In this document: piece after piece, positions 13,214 to 27,834 of the stretch | Numbering within the stretch: position 1 is the first letter of the stretch | Layout: each line of letters begins with the position of its first letter | Source: Squalus acanthias | Taxonomy: Eukaryota | Direction: 5' to 3' | Length of the DNA: 64,000 nt | NCBI GenBank assembly: GCA_030390025.1 | Contig: CM059432.1 | Span: 85,190,001-85,254,000, forward strand | Made by a program: the position numbers and the translations under genes | Notes under the pieces: model-generated | What the model was told of the DNA's origin: nothing | The model's database searches: none | What the model saw: the letters and a program-made list of their open reading frames with translations, nothing else

Positions 13214-16200
13214 ATAAGAACATAACAAATAGGAGAAGGAGTAGGCCATTTGGCCCTTCGAGTCTGCTCCGCCATTCAGTAAGATTATGGCTAATCATCT
13301 ACTTTATCTCCACTTTCCTGAAATATCCCCATATCCCTTGATTACCTTAATATTCAAAAATCTATCAATCTCTGTCTTGAATATACTCAACGACTGAGCC
13401 TCCACAGCCCTCTAGGGCAGAGAATTCCAAAGATTCACAACCCTCTGAGTGAAGAAATTTCTCCTCATTTCAGTCCTAAATGGCCGGCCCCTTATTCTGA
13501 GACTGTGACCCCTGGTTCTAGACTCCCCAGCCAGGGGAAACATCCTCCCTGCATCTACCCTGTCAAGTCCTGTAAGAATTTTTTATGTTTCAATGAGATC
13601 ACCTCTCATTCTTCTAAACTCGAGAGAATATAGGCCTATTCTACTCAATCTCTCCTCATAGGACAATCCCCCCATCCCAGGAACAAGTCTGGTGAACCTT
13701 CATTGCACTCCCCCTATGGCAAGTATATTCTTCCTTAGGTAAGGAGACAAAAACTGTACACAATACTCCAGGTGTGGTCTCACCAGGGCCCTATATAATT
13801 GCAGGAAGACTTCTTTACTCTTATACTCAAATCCTCTTGTAATAAAGGCCAACATACCATTTGCTTTCCTAATTGCTTGCTGTACCTGCATGTTAACTTT
13901 CAGTGATTCGTGTACAAGGACACCCAGGTCCCTCTGAACACCAACATTTCCCAATCTCTCATCATTTAAAAAGTACTCTGCTTTTCTATTTTTCCTACCA
14001 AAGTGGATAACTTCACATTTCTCCACATTATATTCCATTTGCCAAGTTCTTGCCCACTCACTTAGCCTGTCTATATCCCCTTGAAGCCTCCTTGCATCCT
14101 CCTCACAACTTACATTCCCATCCAGCTTTGTAGCATCAGCAAACTTGGATATATTACATTTGGTCCCCTCATCCAAATAATTGATGTAGATTGTGAATAG
14201 CTGAGGCCCAAGCACTGATCCTTGCGGTACCCCACTAGTTACAGCCTGCCAACCCGAAAATGACCCGTTTATTCCTACTCTCTATTTTCTGTCCGTTAAC
14301 CAATCCTCAATCCATGCTAGTATATTACCCCCAATCCCATGAGCCCTAATTTTGTTTAATAACCTCTTGTGTGGCACCCTATCGAATGCCTTCTCAAAAT
14401 ACAAATGCACCACATCCACTGGTTCTCCCTTATCTATTCTGCTTGTTACAACCTCAGAAACCTCTAACAGATTTGTCAAACATGATTTCCTTTTCATAAA
14501 TCCGTGTTGAGTCTGCCCAATCCTATTATTATTTTCTAAGTGCCTTGTTACCGCGTCCTTAATAATAGATCCTAGCATTTTTCCTACTATTGATGGCAGG
14601 CTAACTAGTCTGTAGTTCCCCGTTTTCTCTCTCCCTCCTATCTTAAATAGTGGGGTTACATTTGCTACCTTCCAATCCGCGGGAACCGTTCTAGAATCTA
14701 TGGAATTTTGAAAAATTACAACCAATGCATCCACTATTTCTATAGCCACCTCTTTCAAAACCCTAGGATGTAGGCCATTAGGTCCAGGGGATTTATTGGC
14801 TTTCAGTCCTATTACTTTCTCCAGTACTATTTTTTTACTAATACTAATTTCTTTCAGTTCCTCATTCTCGCTAGACCCTTGGTTCTCCACTATTTCCGGG
14901 AAGTTGTTTGCGTCTTCTTCCGTGAAGACAGACACAAAAAAGTATTTGTTCAATTTCTCTGCCATTTTCTTATTCTCCATTATAATTTCTCCTGTCTCAG
15001 CCTGTAAGAGACCCACATTTACTTTTGTTAATCTTTTCCTTTTTACATACCTATAGAAGCTTTTACAGTCTGTTTTTATGTCTCTCGCTAGTTTACTCTT
15101 ATATTCTATTTTCCCTTTCTTTATCAATTTCTTGGTCCTCCTTTGCTGAATTCCAAAATCCTCCCAATCCCCAGGTTTGCTACTCTTTTTGGCAACATTA
15201 TAAGCCTCTTCCTTTGATCTAATACTATCTTTAACTTTTCTTGTTAGCCACGGTTGGACCACTTTTCCTATGGGGATTTTGTGCCTTAATGGAATGTCTA
15301 TTTGTTGCAAATTAAGTATTAATTCTTTAAATGCTCGCCATTGCTTGTCTATCATCATACCTTTTAAGGTAGTTTCCCAAGCTACCTTAGCCAACTTGCC
15401 CCTCATACCTATGTAGTTTGCTTTGTTTAGAATTAAGACCCTAGTTTCGGATTTAACTAAATCACTTTCAAACTCAATATAAAATTCTACCATATTGTGG
15501 TCACTCTTCCCTAAAGGCCCCTTTACTACAAGGTTATTAATTAACCCTTTCTCATTGCACAACACTAGATCTAAAATAGCCTGTTCGCTAGTTGGTTCCT
15601 CAACATATTGATCTAGAAAATTATCTTGCATACATTCCATGAATTCGCCCTTCACACTATTACTGCAAATTTGGTTTACCTAGTCTATACATAGATTAAA
15701 GTCCCCCATGATTACTGTATTACCCTTGTTACATGCGCCTCCACTTTCCTGATTTATACTCCGCCCTACATTACAACTACTGTTTGGGGGCCTATAAACA
15801 ACTCCCACCAATGTTTTCTGCCCCTTGCTGTTTCTTAGCTCCACCCAAACTGATTCTACTTCTTGATTTTCAGAGCTAAGATCCTTTCTCACTACTGTAT
15901 TTATCCCATCCTTTATTATCAAGGCTACCGCTCCTCCTTTTCCATTTTGCCTATCTCTTCTAAAAGTTAAGTATCCTGGATATTTAGTTCCCAACCTTGG
16001 CCACTTTGCAACCATGTCTCCGTTATGGCAATTAGATCAAACCTGTTAATTTCTATCTGAGCTATTAATTCATCTATTTTGTTGCGAATGCTTTGTGCTT
16101 TCAGATATAGTGCCTTTAGCTTTGACTTATTTCTATTTTTCCCTGATGTCACCTTAGTCACGGATGCCTTATTACCTTTGTTGCTCTCTCTGTCCCTTCC

Positions 16201-17600
16201 TGACCCACTCTGCTTATTTTTACCCAAAGCTCTACTCTGCTCTAGAGCCTTGACATTTCTCTTGCTGCTTTTAAATTTACTCTTTCCTAAATCCTCCCAC
16301 CCCCCACCACCCCTTCATTAGTTTAAAGCCCTGTCTACTGCCCTAGTTACTCGGTTCACCAGGACACTGGTCTCAGCATGGTTTAAGTGGAGCCCGTCCC
16401 AACGGAATAGCTCCCTCTTTCCCCAGTACTGGTGCCAGTGCCCCATGAACTGAAACCCCTTCCTCCCACACCACTCTTTGAGCCACGCATTTAAACCTCT
16501 AATCTGTTTGTCCCTATACCAATTTGCGTGTGGCTCAGGTAACAATCCAGAGATTATTACCTTTGAGGTTCTGCTTTTTAATTTGGATCCTAGCTCCTCA
16601 AACTCCCTCAGCAGAACCTCATTCCTAGTTCTACCTATGTTGTTGGTTCCTACGTGGACCATGAGAACTGGATCCTCCCCCTCCCACTCCAAGTTCTTCT
16701 CCAGCTGCGAGGAGATGTCTTTAACTCTGGCACCGGGCAGGCAACACAACCTTCGGAACTCTCGGTCGCGGCTGCAGAGAACAGTATCTATCCCCCTGAC
16801 TATACTGTCCCCTACCACAACTACATTCCCTTTCACTCCCCCCACTTGAATGGCCTCCTGCACCATGGTGCAATGGTCAGCTTGCTCATCCATCCTGCAG
16901 GCTTTTCCCTCATCCACACAGGCAGCAAGAACCTTATACTTGTTGGACAAGGGCAAAGGCTGAGGCTCCTCCAACACTGCACCTGGGATCACCTTACCTA
17001 CCTGAGTTGCAATCACACCCTACTGTCCTTGACCACTAACCAGACCTGTACCACTACCTAACCTAAGGGATGTGACTGCCTCTTGGATCAAAGTGTCCAG
17101 GTAACTCTCCCCATCCCTGATGCCCCGCAATGTCTGCACCTCATACTCCAGCACAAAAACTCTGAGCTGAAGTTCCTCAAGATGCATGCACTTACTGCAA
17201 ACGTGGCTGTCCGGGATCACAATGCTCTCCACAAACTCCCACATGCTGCAGTTGCGGCACACCACCTGCACTGCCAACCCTATATGACCTTGTTTTATTT
17301 AATTAAATTTGTAATTAGGTAACTTAGTTTACAGTGTAGTTTCTTGACTACTTACTTGATCTAGATTAAGTTAAGGGTACTGAAATTAAATATCTACCTG
17401 TAACACAAAGCAATACAAGTAGTGTAGTCAAAAAGCAGCAACTCCTTCCCCCTCTTCTCCAACTTCCTCCTCTTCTCCAAATTCCCACTCTTTCCAAATT
17501 CCCAAATAAAACACATTGTTCAAGTCCACTCCATTTAATCCTGCTCTGTGCTCTGCAGAAATGTTTACTTGTATACACTAGGAGCCTCACCCAATTTACA
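13214..17600 (-). mobile_element. Near full-length decayed CR1 LINE (ORF1 zinc finger plus SGNH esterase; ORF2 APE-RT)
   Basis: ORF1 pieces 17020-17277 (CxxC..HxCxxC) and 16318-17016 (VGDSIVRG...DGLHLN); ORF2 pieces 13700-16227; 3' tail near 13214-13240. Confidence 0.9.
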
Positions 17601-17877
17601 AGTGTTTATTCAGCTCCCCTGCTCCTGGTGATTAGCGCCTATTCAAGACAAACACTTACAGCTGACTGACAGTTAACTGCCACTGGCAGGCAGCTTCTGT
17701 TAACTGCAGTTTTTGAAGTTCTAGGTTAAAATCAAAATCTTACACTAAATTTCACTTTTTACAGCTACTACTTACCCAATACTTACCAGAAATTCTCACT
17801 CTTTCCAAATAAAACACTCTGTTCAAGTCCACTTCATTTAATCCCGCTCTGTGCAGACTGCAGTGAGATGACCCTAT

Positions 17878-18095
17878 GAAGAAAGAAAGACTTGCAATTA
17901 TATTGCGCATTTCGCGACCTCAAGACGTCAAGTACTTTTGAAGTGTAGTCACTGTTGTAATGTAGGAAACATGGCAGCCAATTTGTGCACCACAAGGTCC
18001 CACAAACAACAATGTGATAATGACCAGATAAGATGTTTTAGTGATGTTGATTGAGGGACAACTATTGGCTAGGACCTTTTGGGGAGAAGTCTGCT
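17878..18095 (-). mobile_element. DeuSINE (SacSINE1-like) 3' fragment
   Basis: Reverse complement matches the 3' half of the SINE at 42221-42680. Confidence 0.7.
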
Positions 18096-21000
18096 GCTAA
18101 ATGAACCGCTGAAAATTGAATTGCTGAAAATATTTTTTTTAAATATTCTGCCTACTTTGTCGCAGTTACTGAAAGTTCTAAATATCAAAAAAAGTTTTAA
18201 ACTCAAAAGATTACATATTTCATAAGAATATGATTAAATTTAACCACTGACTGACTGCCTTTTGTGTTTTTTGAATACCTTCATTAAGGTTTTTACATCA
18301 AGATCTCAGCCTGTCTCAAAAGCCTGGGCTTTGAATATATACTTTGACCCAGAACAGTTAAAAGGAACTTAACCATACCTGTGCAGTCTGAATATGTGCA
18401 ATTTTGAGAATTTTCCATATAGCACTAATAGGTTTCTCTCTGGATTTTACATTGCAGCCTAGAGTAAATTTCCAGCAGAAAGTTACACTCAGAGGGAGCA
18501 TGAGTTGGAGATCAAGTTACAACATGGTTCATAGATGGTGATACAACCCTTTACCTTTAGTACCCATTCCTTTACCAAACTCACTTTGAGGGCAGCTCCC
18601 CACTGCGAATAGGAATTTATCCTCATTGAGTGAGAGAATTTATGTTACTGTTTGTGTTTTAGAATTACTTGAAAACCATCTGAAGAATTTTTACTAGCTA
18701 AATTCACATTTCACATTTTAACTATTTTACTAAATGCCAAAATTCTGATTGGCCTGTTCCACCAGTACAAGTATGGCGGAGCGGACCCCACCACCACCCA
18801 AAGTGTAGCCCATTGGCACAATCCCAAATTGTGGGGACAAGGTCAATGTCAGAATGGCCAGCAGGTGCATTAGTGGTGCCCACTCCAACTGAGGCCTAAC
18901 ACAGCAGATGTGCCCGGGAAAGGGCCTCACAGGAATAGAGCAGTCCCAAATCTATAGCTCCCAAAAGAACCATCAGGCCATCCCTGCAAGATAATTGATC
19001 CTCTACAGAATCTATTATCTGCTCCCTCCAGCATTCTGGGGCCTTTATTGGAGCCATAATGAAACCGATGTCTGCAGAATTTCTTGGGGAAGCCCAAGAA
19101 CTCCCTAAGTCATGCCTTTTGTACATGAGGATGCTGGCAATAAATCATCCTGCAGCCCCTTACCAGAATTTCCTGATCTCCTGTCCACAAGGCAGAATCC
19201 TGGCAGAAACAGGTTCAAACCCATTTTCTGCTGCTTCACTCCCTCTGGCTGTAATGCCCAAGATGCACCCATCACAAGGGTAGAATTTCAGCCCTTAATT
19301 TCTACTTGACAGACAGCATAAGTTAGGAACAGCTAGAGAGGGACAGATTTAATCATCATTCTTAAATATGCATTTTCTTTCTGCTTATTGTATCAGAAAG
19401 CTTATTTTTGAGGTATTTTTCCTTTTTCCAGGACAAAAGAAAAACCATTTGAATTTTGAAAGCTTCTAAAGTAAACAAACTGAGGTTAATAGCATGGATT
19501 TGTGTTTGCTTAGAATCACTGCAAAATCTTGAAAAAAATAACTTTAAAAAAAGTGAGAAGGCAGGCACAGTTGCCTGGAAGGTGAGGAATTTGGTGGAGT
19601 GGAAACATTGAAGGGCCATAATGGCTGGCAGACAGTTTTTACTGAAACATTCCTGTATTTTAAAGGCTGAGGAATTTCTGTTATCTGTCCATTAGTTTAG
19701 GTATTTGTTTTAAATATAGAATTCCTTACTTCTCTAATCCACACTCTTCACTCTATGTATGATGGTGACGTCATAATTAATTAGACTCACCAAGCTCAAG
19801 AACAGCCAGTCTCTGCAGTACCCAGCAATTAAAAAAATTACAGCAGTAGAAGCAAATGCCAAATAAATATAGAAACATTTCTCAAACTCCTGACAGCCGA
19901 GAATGAATAATGGCATGATGAATCATGGAGTATCCGAAATAGGGAAGAACAAGAAAAATATCTACTGTATTAGAAGTCACAGTTATTAATTGTTACCAAA
20001 GTAATCGTAAATTATAATCTAAGAAAACTAGGATGATTCTTGCAACTTCTGCAGTCAGGCAACCATATGAAGTTTTAATTTTCTTTGCCCTTCCATTCTT
20101 CCCAAGTGAGCATTATATTTTTCTTTCCATCTCAAGTGACAGTCTTCTGCACATGGAAGCAAAAAAAAGTACAAAGATGGAGGGAAGCTGCATAAATTAA
20201 AATACCTGTTTAAGCCTGGCATTTGCAAGGTTGTAAGATGTAAAGGTATGAAGCAATAATCATATCAGCATTCTGTTAAATATCTTCCAAGGAATTATTG
20301 CTCTGTTTCACAAAGAAAGACATTAGGTTGTAAGTCAAATGACAATCAATCAAAACAGGAAGTAGTTAATAAGCTTCTGCCATAATTTCAAACTATTGTG
20401 TTTATTTAGATAACTGTAGACATTTAATAATCTAGAACAAGACAAAACACAGGGATCAGAAACTTCTTTGTTGGTTCTTATCCAAAATTTTTGACAGAAA
20501 AACCTACTAGTTCTACCTTCAAAGTTATTAAAAAATCATAGGAAGCATTTACTTTTTCATCACTTTGCCCTTTGTAATCTTTTAACATTTTATGATGTTA
20601 AGAATCACTGTACTTTCCTGAGGACATGTACTATCTGCAGCTGAGAGAGCTGGGAAATAGGAAACCAGCTCTTAGACCATTGCCAAAGCTACTCTTGAGC
20701 CAGCCACTTGAAGGTATGCAACAGTGGCTCTAACACAATTTCCCCTCTGATCATTTGCATTCCGTTTGGTGCCTCCTCATCCAGTAACTGACTCAAGAAA
20801 TTCAACACTTACACCCTAGCCCATTCCATTGTGATGCTGCAACTGGTCTATAATTTTTTTGTTTGTGTCATCTTGTTTCACTATTCAAATTTTCTCTTTG
20901 TTTTATTAAATGTCCCTTTTAATATCACTGCTTCTTGTCTTGAGTGAAAACGTTATAGACTAGACAATAAAAAACACTTTTCCAGGCTAAATGAAATAAT

Positions 21001-21269
21001 CACACTTTTGTTTTATTTTTTACTTCCTTTCAGCAGAAAATCCTCCTTTGAAGCTTGACTGTTCTGAAATTGTTGTCAGAACTAATTATTACTACTTGAT
21101 GGTGCTGCAATGAACATCTACATTGAAATACATTATTTTGTGGAAATACTTAACTCCACCTATATGATGTCAGTATATATAACTGACCACCCTGGTCACT
21201 CATTTACCTCTGTACTTCCCTCAAACAGTCAGACTGAGATCAGGAACTCACCAGGGAATATGGGCAGAT

Positions 21270-22313
21270 CAGACCCCGATTTTAACTCCAGGCTGGGTTT
21301 TGGTTTTTTAGTTAGCAGTGTTGAAACCTCACCCACTATCCCAAAAATGAGGGCCAGGTTATTTTAACTCCCGGGCCTCATTTAAATCCTGCAGGCCAAC
21401 TTCCCACCCAGCGGAAATCACACAGCTTTGAGGGCAACGTTAACACGAGGTAGGTCGTCATCTCAAGGAGGTCTCAGGTTCAGGAAGGGAGGAGTCCGTG
21501 GCAGGTGAGGCCTCATCTTTCCTTGTGGGGCACAGAAAAGCACTTGTGGCCCATAAGGAAAGTTAAAAAAAATCCTACAGCCGCGATTTCGCCAGCGGAG
21601 TCGGGATCGCGGCGGGAGAGGTGGTTGGCGGGTTCCAGTCCTGTTCCCAGCTGCAGCCGCTCTGTAAAAAGGATTTTCCGTCAATTTTGTTAAGCCCGCC
21701 CTGCGGGGTTCCCAGCCAATTAAAAGGAAGCGGGTCTGATGACATAATTTGATGACGCGTCATCAGCCGGTTTCATTAAAGGGATCGTGGCTGCATTCAT
21801 TTTGACAGTTGTGCTGTCAGTGTTCTGCAGCATTGAGGTGCTGCGAACACTGACAAGCACTGCGCAGAGGTGCACAGCTGCACCCAGGTTCTCCCATGAC
21901 TCCCTCCATATGCTTATGGAGGGAGTCACAGCACGCAAGGAGGTTCTCTTCCCTTCCAATGAGCGGAAGAGACCTCCCCAAGAGACCAACGCAGCCTGTT
22001 TCAGTCAATCTCTTTTTGCACTGAGATTACCAGTCATATGAGATAGATCCCGATTTTAACTCCAGGTGGATTCCCCGCTCAGGCCTGAGTTAAAATTACA
22101 GTAGGGTCTCAATTATGTCATCGGGCCGCAACATGCATATGTAAAGAAGGCCCCTGATGGCTCCAGGCACATGTCCTTGCTGCCTGCTCAGGAGAGCAGG
22201 TTAAAATTGCAGATGATGTGCTCATGGTGGCTTTGGGACAGGTAAGAGCCACGGCGAATTTAATTGTCCACCCACCAGGTTTCTGCTGAGCGAATAGGGT
22301 TAAAATCACCCCC
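21270..22313. mobile_element. Harbinger remnant with Myb exon-1 fragment (~21860-21995) plus adjacent short MITE (~22045-22313)
   Basis: AAPRFSHDSLHMLMEGVTARKEVLFPSNERKRPP; termini GATTTTAAC / GTTAAAATCACCCC. Confidence 0.6.
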
Positions 22314-22372
22314 AATCCTTCAGCCTGAGGAACATAGGGCTTTTTGGAAAAGCTATAGATTACGGGTCCTTC

Positions 22373-22923
22373 TGTAAGAATCAGAATTTTCTGTGATCAT
22401 CACAGAAAGGATGATGCAGAGCGAGTTGGAGTTGTATGGACTTGTTTTTGCTCAGGATCAGCTAAAGTACTGAGACAATGGAGCTGTGTTAATTGTATCA
22501 ACCAAATGATCTGTGTTATTTGTATCGACCACAACTGAAAACTGTGTCTAGTGTCAGCAGGAGCATCCATATATGGCAAGATACACTACAACCCACTAGA
22601 AAGTGTATAAAAAAAGATACTGCAAGCTTGAGAAGAGAACATAAGGGCGGTGGAGTAGCTAACCGCCGAGTCCTACGAACTATCGAGCAACAACACAAAG
22701 AAGAGGTGAAGATGCATCAAGATCGTTACTCCAGTTCTCCCCGGACAACGGCTTGATCACCCCACGTTCTGGACCATGCTCTGCAGTTGTAAGCATGTTT
22801 TTAACTGTTTACATAGTTGAATATCAGCCAATAATCTGTCTTAATTAAGACAGTCCTTAATTAATATCAGTCTCTGTTAGTGTCTCAGCCCAGGGTTCAA
22901 AGAACCAAAATTTATATCTTACG
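22373..22923 (+). mobile_element. Possible solo LTR
   Basis: TGTAAGA...TCTTACG inverted ends, ~550 bp, internal TATAAAA near 22607; no clean TSD. Confidence 0.3.
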
Positions 22924-23167
22924 ATCCCTACAGCTCCTTAATGGCTGAACAAATATGCATTACTTTCCATTGAAATTTCCTGGCTAAAACAAGAGCTGGA
23001 ATAAGAGCTTAAAAATCCAGAGATTAATCCACACTCTTTTATTCATTGAGTGAAAGAAGCAGGAGGAAAACCATGTAGAAAGAACTTGCATTTATAAAGC
23101 ACCTTCCACAACATCACAAAGTGCGTCATAGCCAATGTAGTATAGTCACTCTTGTAAGGTAGGGTAA

Positions 23168-25907
23168 AAGAATTTTTACATTGAAGAGTGTGCGGGTTTG
23201 CGAGTGGGTGAGTAGTTAAAAGCACTAAAATTGACAGCTCGTTGGGAAGCAGGCTTCAACCTGCCGACTTCCACCTTTAATTCGGTCGCATTAGGCAGCG
23301 CTCGAGAGACCCCCTCAGGCGAGGTGGGTGACCGATTGGAGCTGCAAGAGGAGCAAGGTGCAGAGCCTCTTCGGAGGAGGAGGAGGAGGAGGAATAGGAG
23401 GAGGAGTAGGAGCAACATGAGGAGGAGGAGGAGGAACCTGAGGTGGACATGGCACCAGCAGCGGCGCACGTTGCTGCCCGGGAGGCCCAGGATGGCTTCA
23501 TAACAGCACGATTTAGTTAGGTTGCACCAGTGCACCCATATAGCACCCAGACGCTGAACCAACTTTCACCACACCCCCACTACCACCACAAAGCAGTCCT
23601 AAAATGACCAAATCATTCTTATCACACACACCCATTGCTCGAGGTTATATAATTTCTTATCATGCACTCCAACTGACAAGGCCATTTGCCAGGCAGCAGG
23701 CAAAAATGGACAAGACAGGAAAGTGGTGCAAAGAAATAATTTTGTGTGGCACAAAAAGTAAACAGAAACTTAACGATCTAACATTTTAAAACACCTTTGT
23801 GCATCTACAATTGTTTAATCTTCCTCTTCCTACAACTCCTACACCGTGCAACCCCTGTGGCTTCAGCAGAGGTAGAGGCAGGCTGCTCACTTTCCTGCTC
23901 TGACTGCTAAGATACTTTTGGCAGACATCCTTTGGGTTTTGGAGCCTGTGAGGGCCCCAGCAAGACTGCTCCACCTGCACCTGTGAGGGACAGACTCAGC
24001 CATCGGGACACGAGGTAGCATGTGGGGCTCTGACTGAGGGGGTGGCAACGGGGAGAAGTAGGAGTGCTTTGAGCAGAGTCCCAACTTCCATGTCCCCTCT
24101 CACCATCATCCCTCGCATGGCCCACCCGTACTTCCCTGCTAGCAAGGAGTTGGAGAGCACCTTGCTGCACAGCAGTGGGGCGATGAATGGCCAAGTCTAG
24201 ATTTCTATCCATCCTAGATATGGTTGCATTTAGAGTCTGCAAGCTGTTGTTCAGAGCAAGCATGCACTTGTTTGAATGGCGTGTTTAATGCTCCATGCAG
24301 ATGGCTACCCTTTCCATGGACGAACACATCATTGCCATGGCCTGCAACATCCTGCCAGTCATGCTGGAGATGTACTCCTCCATTCTCCCTATAATCGAGC
24401 ACATCGCGGCTGGAAAAGCTGCCAGAGCCTCCCGCATTTTCTGCTACTCCTCAAGAATCATCTGCTTTGTTGATGGCCCCCTGGGGTTCAGCATCTTCGT
24501 CCAGCTGAACACTGCTTGGAGCATCCTGCGCCCTCTGATGAGGACTCTGCACTGCTGTCCCTGTCTCCACCATCTGCTCTTGCTCACATGTGATGTATGA
24601 GACACAGGTGACAACACTACTTTCTCACTCAGTGGACCCACCAACGCGTGTGTATCTGTGCTGGTGCTTGGTGTGCATGGATCGTGTGATGGTGCACCCT
24701 CAGAGTCCGTGACCTCCTCTGAGGAGTCGTCTTCCTCCTCTAGCTGGACAGTGGGGGGGGACACTTGATGGGCCTGTGAGAGAGTAAAGACATGAATTAG
24801 AACTGTTATGATAAGAATGTTTTAAGTTACCATTATGCACATGATCATATTTCACTGGCTGCTGACATCAAGTCAACATGAGTGATTTGTGTGCCATGTG
24901 GCTATATGATATTTAATTCTGTCACCAGGTAGCTGGGAGCTCCTCTCTCTCCATCTCCGACCGCCAACAGCTCCGCAACGCGGCTCAGCTCCAGTGCCTC
25001 CTCCTCTGATGAAGTGAACGGTGTCATGACTGGGGAGCCACCACCAGTTTGCTGCCTCTCCTGGGTGTTCTGTGCTCTCTTCTCCTGCAAGGAAGGAAAC
25101 GAGAGACCTTTGAGTGAGAGTCATGGAATGAGTGGAAGGGATGGATGGACAACATCTGTTGAGTTACTATGAGGGAGAGGCGTAACATTGCATTAAGATG
25201 AGGGTGTGTCAGTGGTGGATGGTCAGATTGGTCAGAGTGCACAGACAGTGAGGGATGCATGCACCTGCAAGGTAGGTTGGTGTGAGGAGTGAAGTGCAGG
25301 AGTAGGCTTGGAAAGGCAGAGTGAGGGGGTTAGGGTGACACACACATCAGGATGTAGGGCAATGTGGCATTGTACTCACCTTTCATGACCTCATGAGGTC
25401 GTTAAAGCGTTTTCGACACTGTATCCAGGTCCTGCCAACAACACTCCCGCTGCTCACTTCTTCAGCGATCTCCAGCCATGCATTCTTAGTCTAGCCAGCT
25501 GGCCTCTTCCTCCCATCAGCAGGGAAGAGGATGTCCCTGCAGGCCCTGACTCCTTGGAGTAATATCTCCAAGGAGGTATCACTAAATCTTGGGGCTGCTT
25601 TATGTCTTTGAGACTGCATATTTCAGGTTAGAGCTTTATCAACATTTTCCAACAGAACTAACTCCACTCCAACAACTTGTCTTCCACCTCCACCAGCATT
25701 CAAGTGACATCTGTGCATTGCTTCTTTAAGTAGCTCAGCTGAAGTCGAGTCATATGTGACATCATTGGACCCACTCCAGTTAATTGTCTGGAAACCCAGA
25801 AGTCTGATTCAATTGCAGTGGCTTTGTTAAAAAGCCACAGCAAAACGCGCTTCTCCAACTTCCGGGTTCCCGCTGCCATCGAAGCTCAAAGGTAAAAATT
25901 CAGCCCA
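23168..25907 (-). mobile_element. Internally deleted Harbinger with Myb/SANT pseudogene (ATG 25619), inserted into a DeuSINE
   Basis: MQSQRHKAAPRFSD...RTWIQCRKRFNDL with in-frame stops; terminus GGTAAAAATTCAGCCC; SINE halves at ~23077-23166 and ~25908-26125. Confidence 0.75.
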
Positions 25908-26419
25908 CAGTGATCAATTTACAAATAGCAAAGTCCCACAAACAGCAATGTGATAAATGACCAGATAATCGCTTTTCTTCCAGTGATGTTCATTAAGGGA
26001 TAAATTTTTGCCAGGACACAGGGAGATCTCCCTTACTTTTCTTCAAATAGTCCCATAGGATCTTTTACATCCACCTGAGAGGTACACAGGATCTTCGCTT
26101 AACACCTCATCCAAGGGACAGCGGCCTAGAAATTGAATTGCTTCCAAATCGGGGAGTGATCCCAGTGCTGTGTACGCTGTCGTACTGCCACCTAATGAGG
26201 GTAGTGGCAGGACGACAGGAAATTGGTCGACTGGCCTCATTTGTTTATTACTGGCATGTTGCAGGTGCCAGTCACGGCCCCAGAGCAGCTCGCCAGTTCC
26301 AGGAGGTAGCAATATTAGCCGACTTAGCTGCTGGTAGAGATCGTAAGCAGAGTCCAGGAGGAAGAGAGGCAATCAGGAGGGGGGCGATCGGTTGCCGGCA
26401 GCAGTCCGTGAATTTACTG

Positions 26420-27829
26420 TGAAGCATTTTCCCAATGGAGGCGGGTTGGAGGCGGGTTTCGGTTTGGGTGGGTTCCAAACCCGCCTCCACTGAGAGGTGG
26501 GAAAAATTTGCAATTTTCCCCTAATTGGCCAGTTGATTTCAGAGGTGTGGGTTCCCTGGGCCAATTAGCGTTTTGGGACTGAAACTCGCCTCTGCTGAAG
26601 TCACTTATCCAGCTTCATTTAAGGGCTGCTTGCTGCCTTGGCTCATTCCACTGGTTTTTGGTCGATGCTGCACCACTTCCAAGCTGTTATCTCCTTGAAG
26701 AATGGCCAGCTCCAAGGCAAGGGCCTCCCCGAGGTTCTCAGATGAGGCGCTGGGTATGCTGGTTGAGGGGGCGAGAGCTAGCAGGGAGGTGCTCTTCCCC
26801 TCATCTGGGAGGAAGAGGCCTCCCAAAGAAACCAAGGCTGTGTGGGTCCAGCTGGCAAGGGATATAACCTCCAGATCTGTGTGCAGATTGGGTGATTGTT
26901 TCTGTTTATTGATGAAATGCCATCCCTGTGGGAATGTATTAAAATTAGGTGATGGCAAACTGTTGGCGTGATGGCATCTGTTATTTCGGCTTAGGCAGCT
27001 CCACATTGCAGGCTCCGCGACACTTGCGTGGTCAGGTTGGTGGTCAGAGTGAAAGGAGGCCAGAGAGTCATGTCCATTGTCTATCATGTGTTAAGAAGGA
27101 GCCAAGCACATGTGCCACAATGGGCAACCTATGCAAATCTGGCCAGGATGAGTGCATTCCTTGCCCTGTGCAGCATCAGGTGGCTGAGCAGGAGGTTGGG
27201 GCTCCTGCTGCTGTTGCTGCTGAGCTGCCTGGTTCTGCTGCTGCCGTGGCTGCTCCTCATCCGAATCTGAGGTCCATGGAGAAAGGAAATAAATGGTTCC
27301 CATGCTGCTGGCAGATACCTCCATTGGGGAAGAGCTCAGTCCAAGCGGGGAGAGGGTCTTCCAAGGAGGTCCCACAATTGAGAGATAGAAGCTGCAGCAC
27401 CTCCGACTTCGGTAGGCCTGCTAAAAGTGCTGAAAGACCTTTGGAACAAATGTTCTGCCACCTGCAACTGCTCCCTGATGAAAGCTTCGTTTTAATGGTG
27501 GAGCTGCAGCTGTGAGGAGGCCACCCACTTGTCAACCCGCCAGGATTAGCTGGCGTGGTTTAGGAGGGTCGTGCAACACGCTGAAAATGTGGTAAAATAA
27601 CGAAGGCCTGTCAAAATAGGATTATAGAGGCCCTTAACTACTATTTAAGGGTCTTAACTACCTCTCCCGACTGATGGAGGTGGGACCGAATCGCACCCAT
27701 CAAACCCGCCACCGGCAAAATTGCACGGAGGCGGGTTGGAGGCGGGTTCCGAACCCGCCCTCAGTTTTTGCCATTTTGCCAACTGTCCCACCTCCAAACC
27801 CGCCTCCTCGGGGCTGGAAAAATCACCCC
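26420..27829 (+). mobile_element. Non-autonomous Harbinger with Myb exon-1 fragment
   Basis: ORF at 26702 MASSKARASPRFSDEALGMLVEG...LFPSSGRKRPP; AAACCCGCCTCC subterminal repeats; terminus AAAAATCACCC. Confidence 0.7.
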
Positions 27830-27834
27830 AAGAC

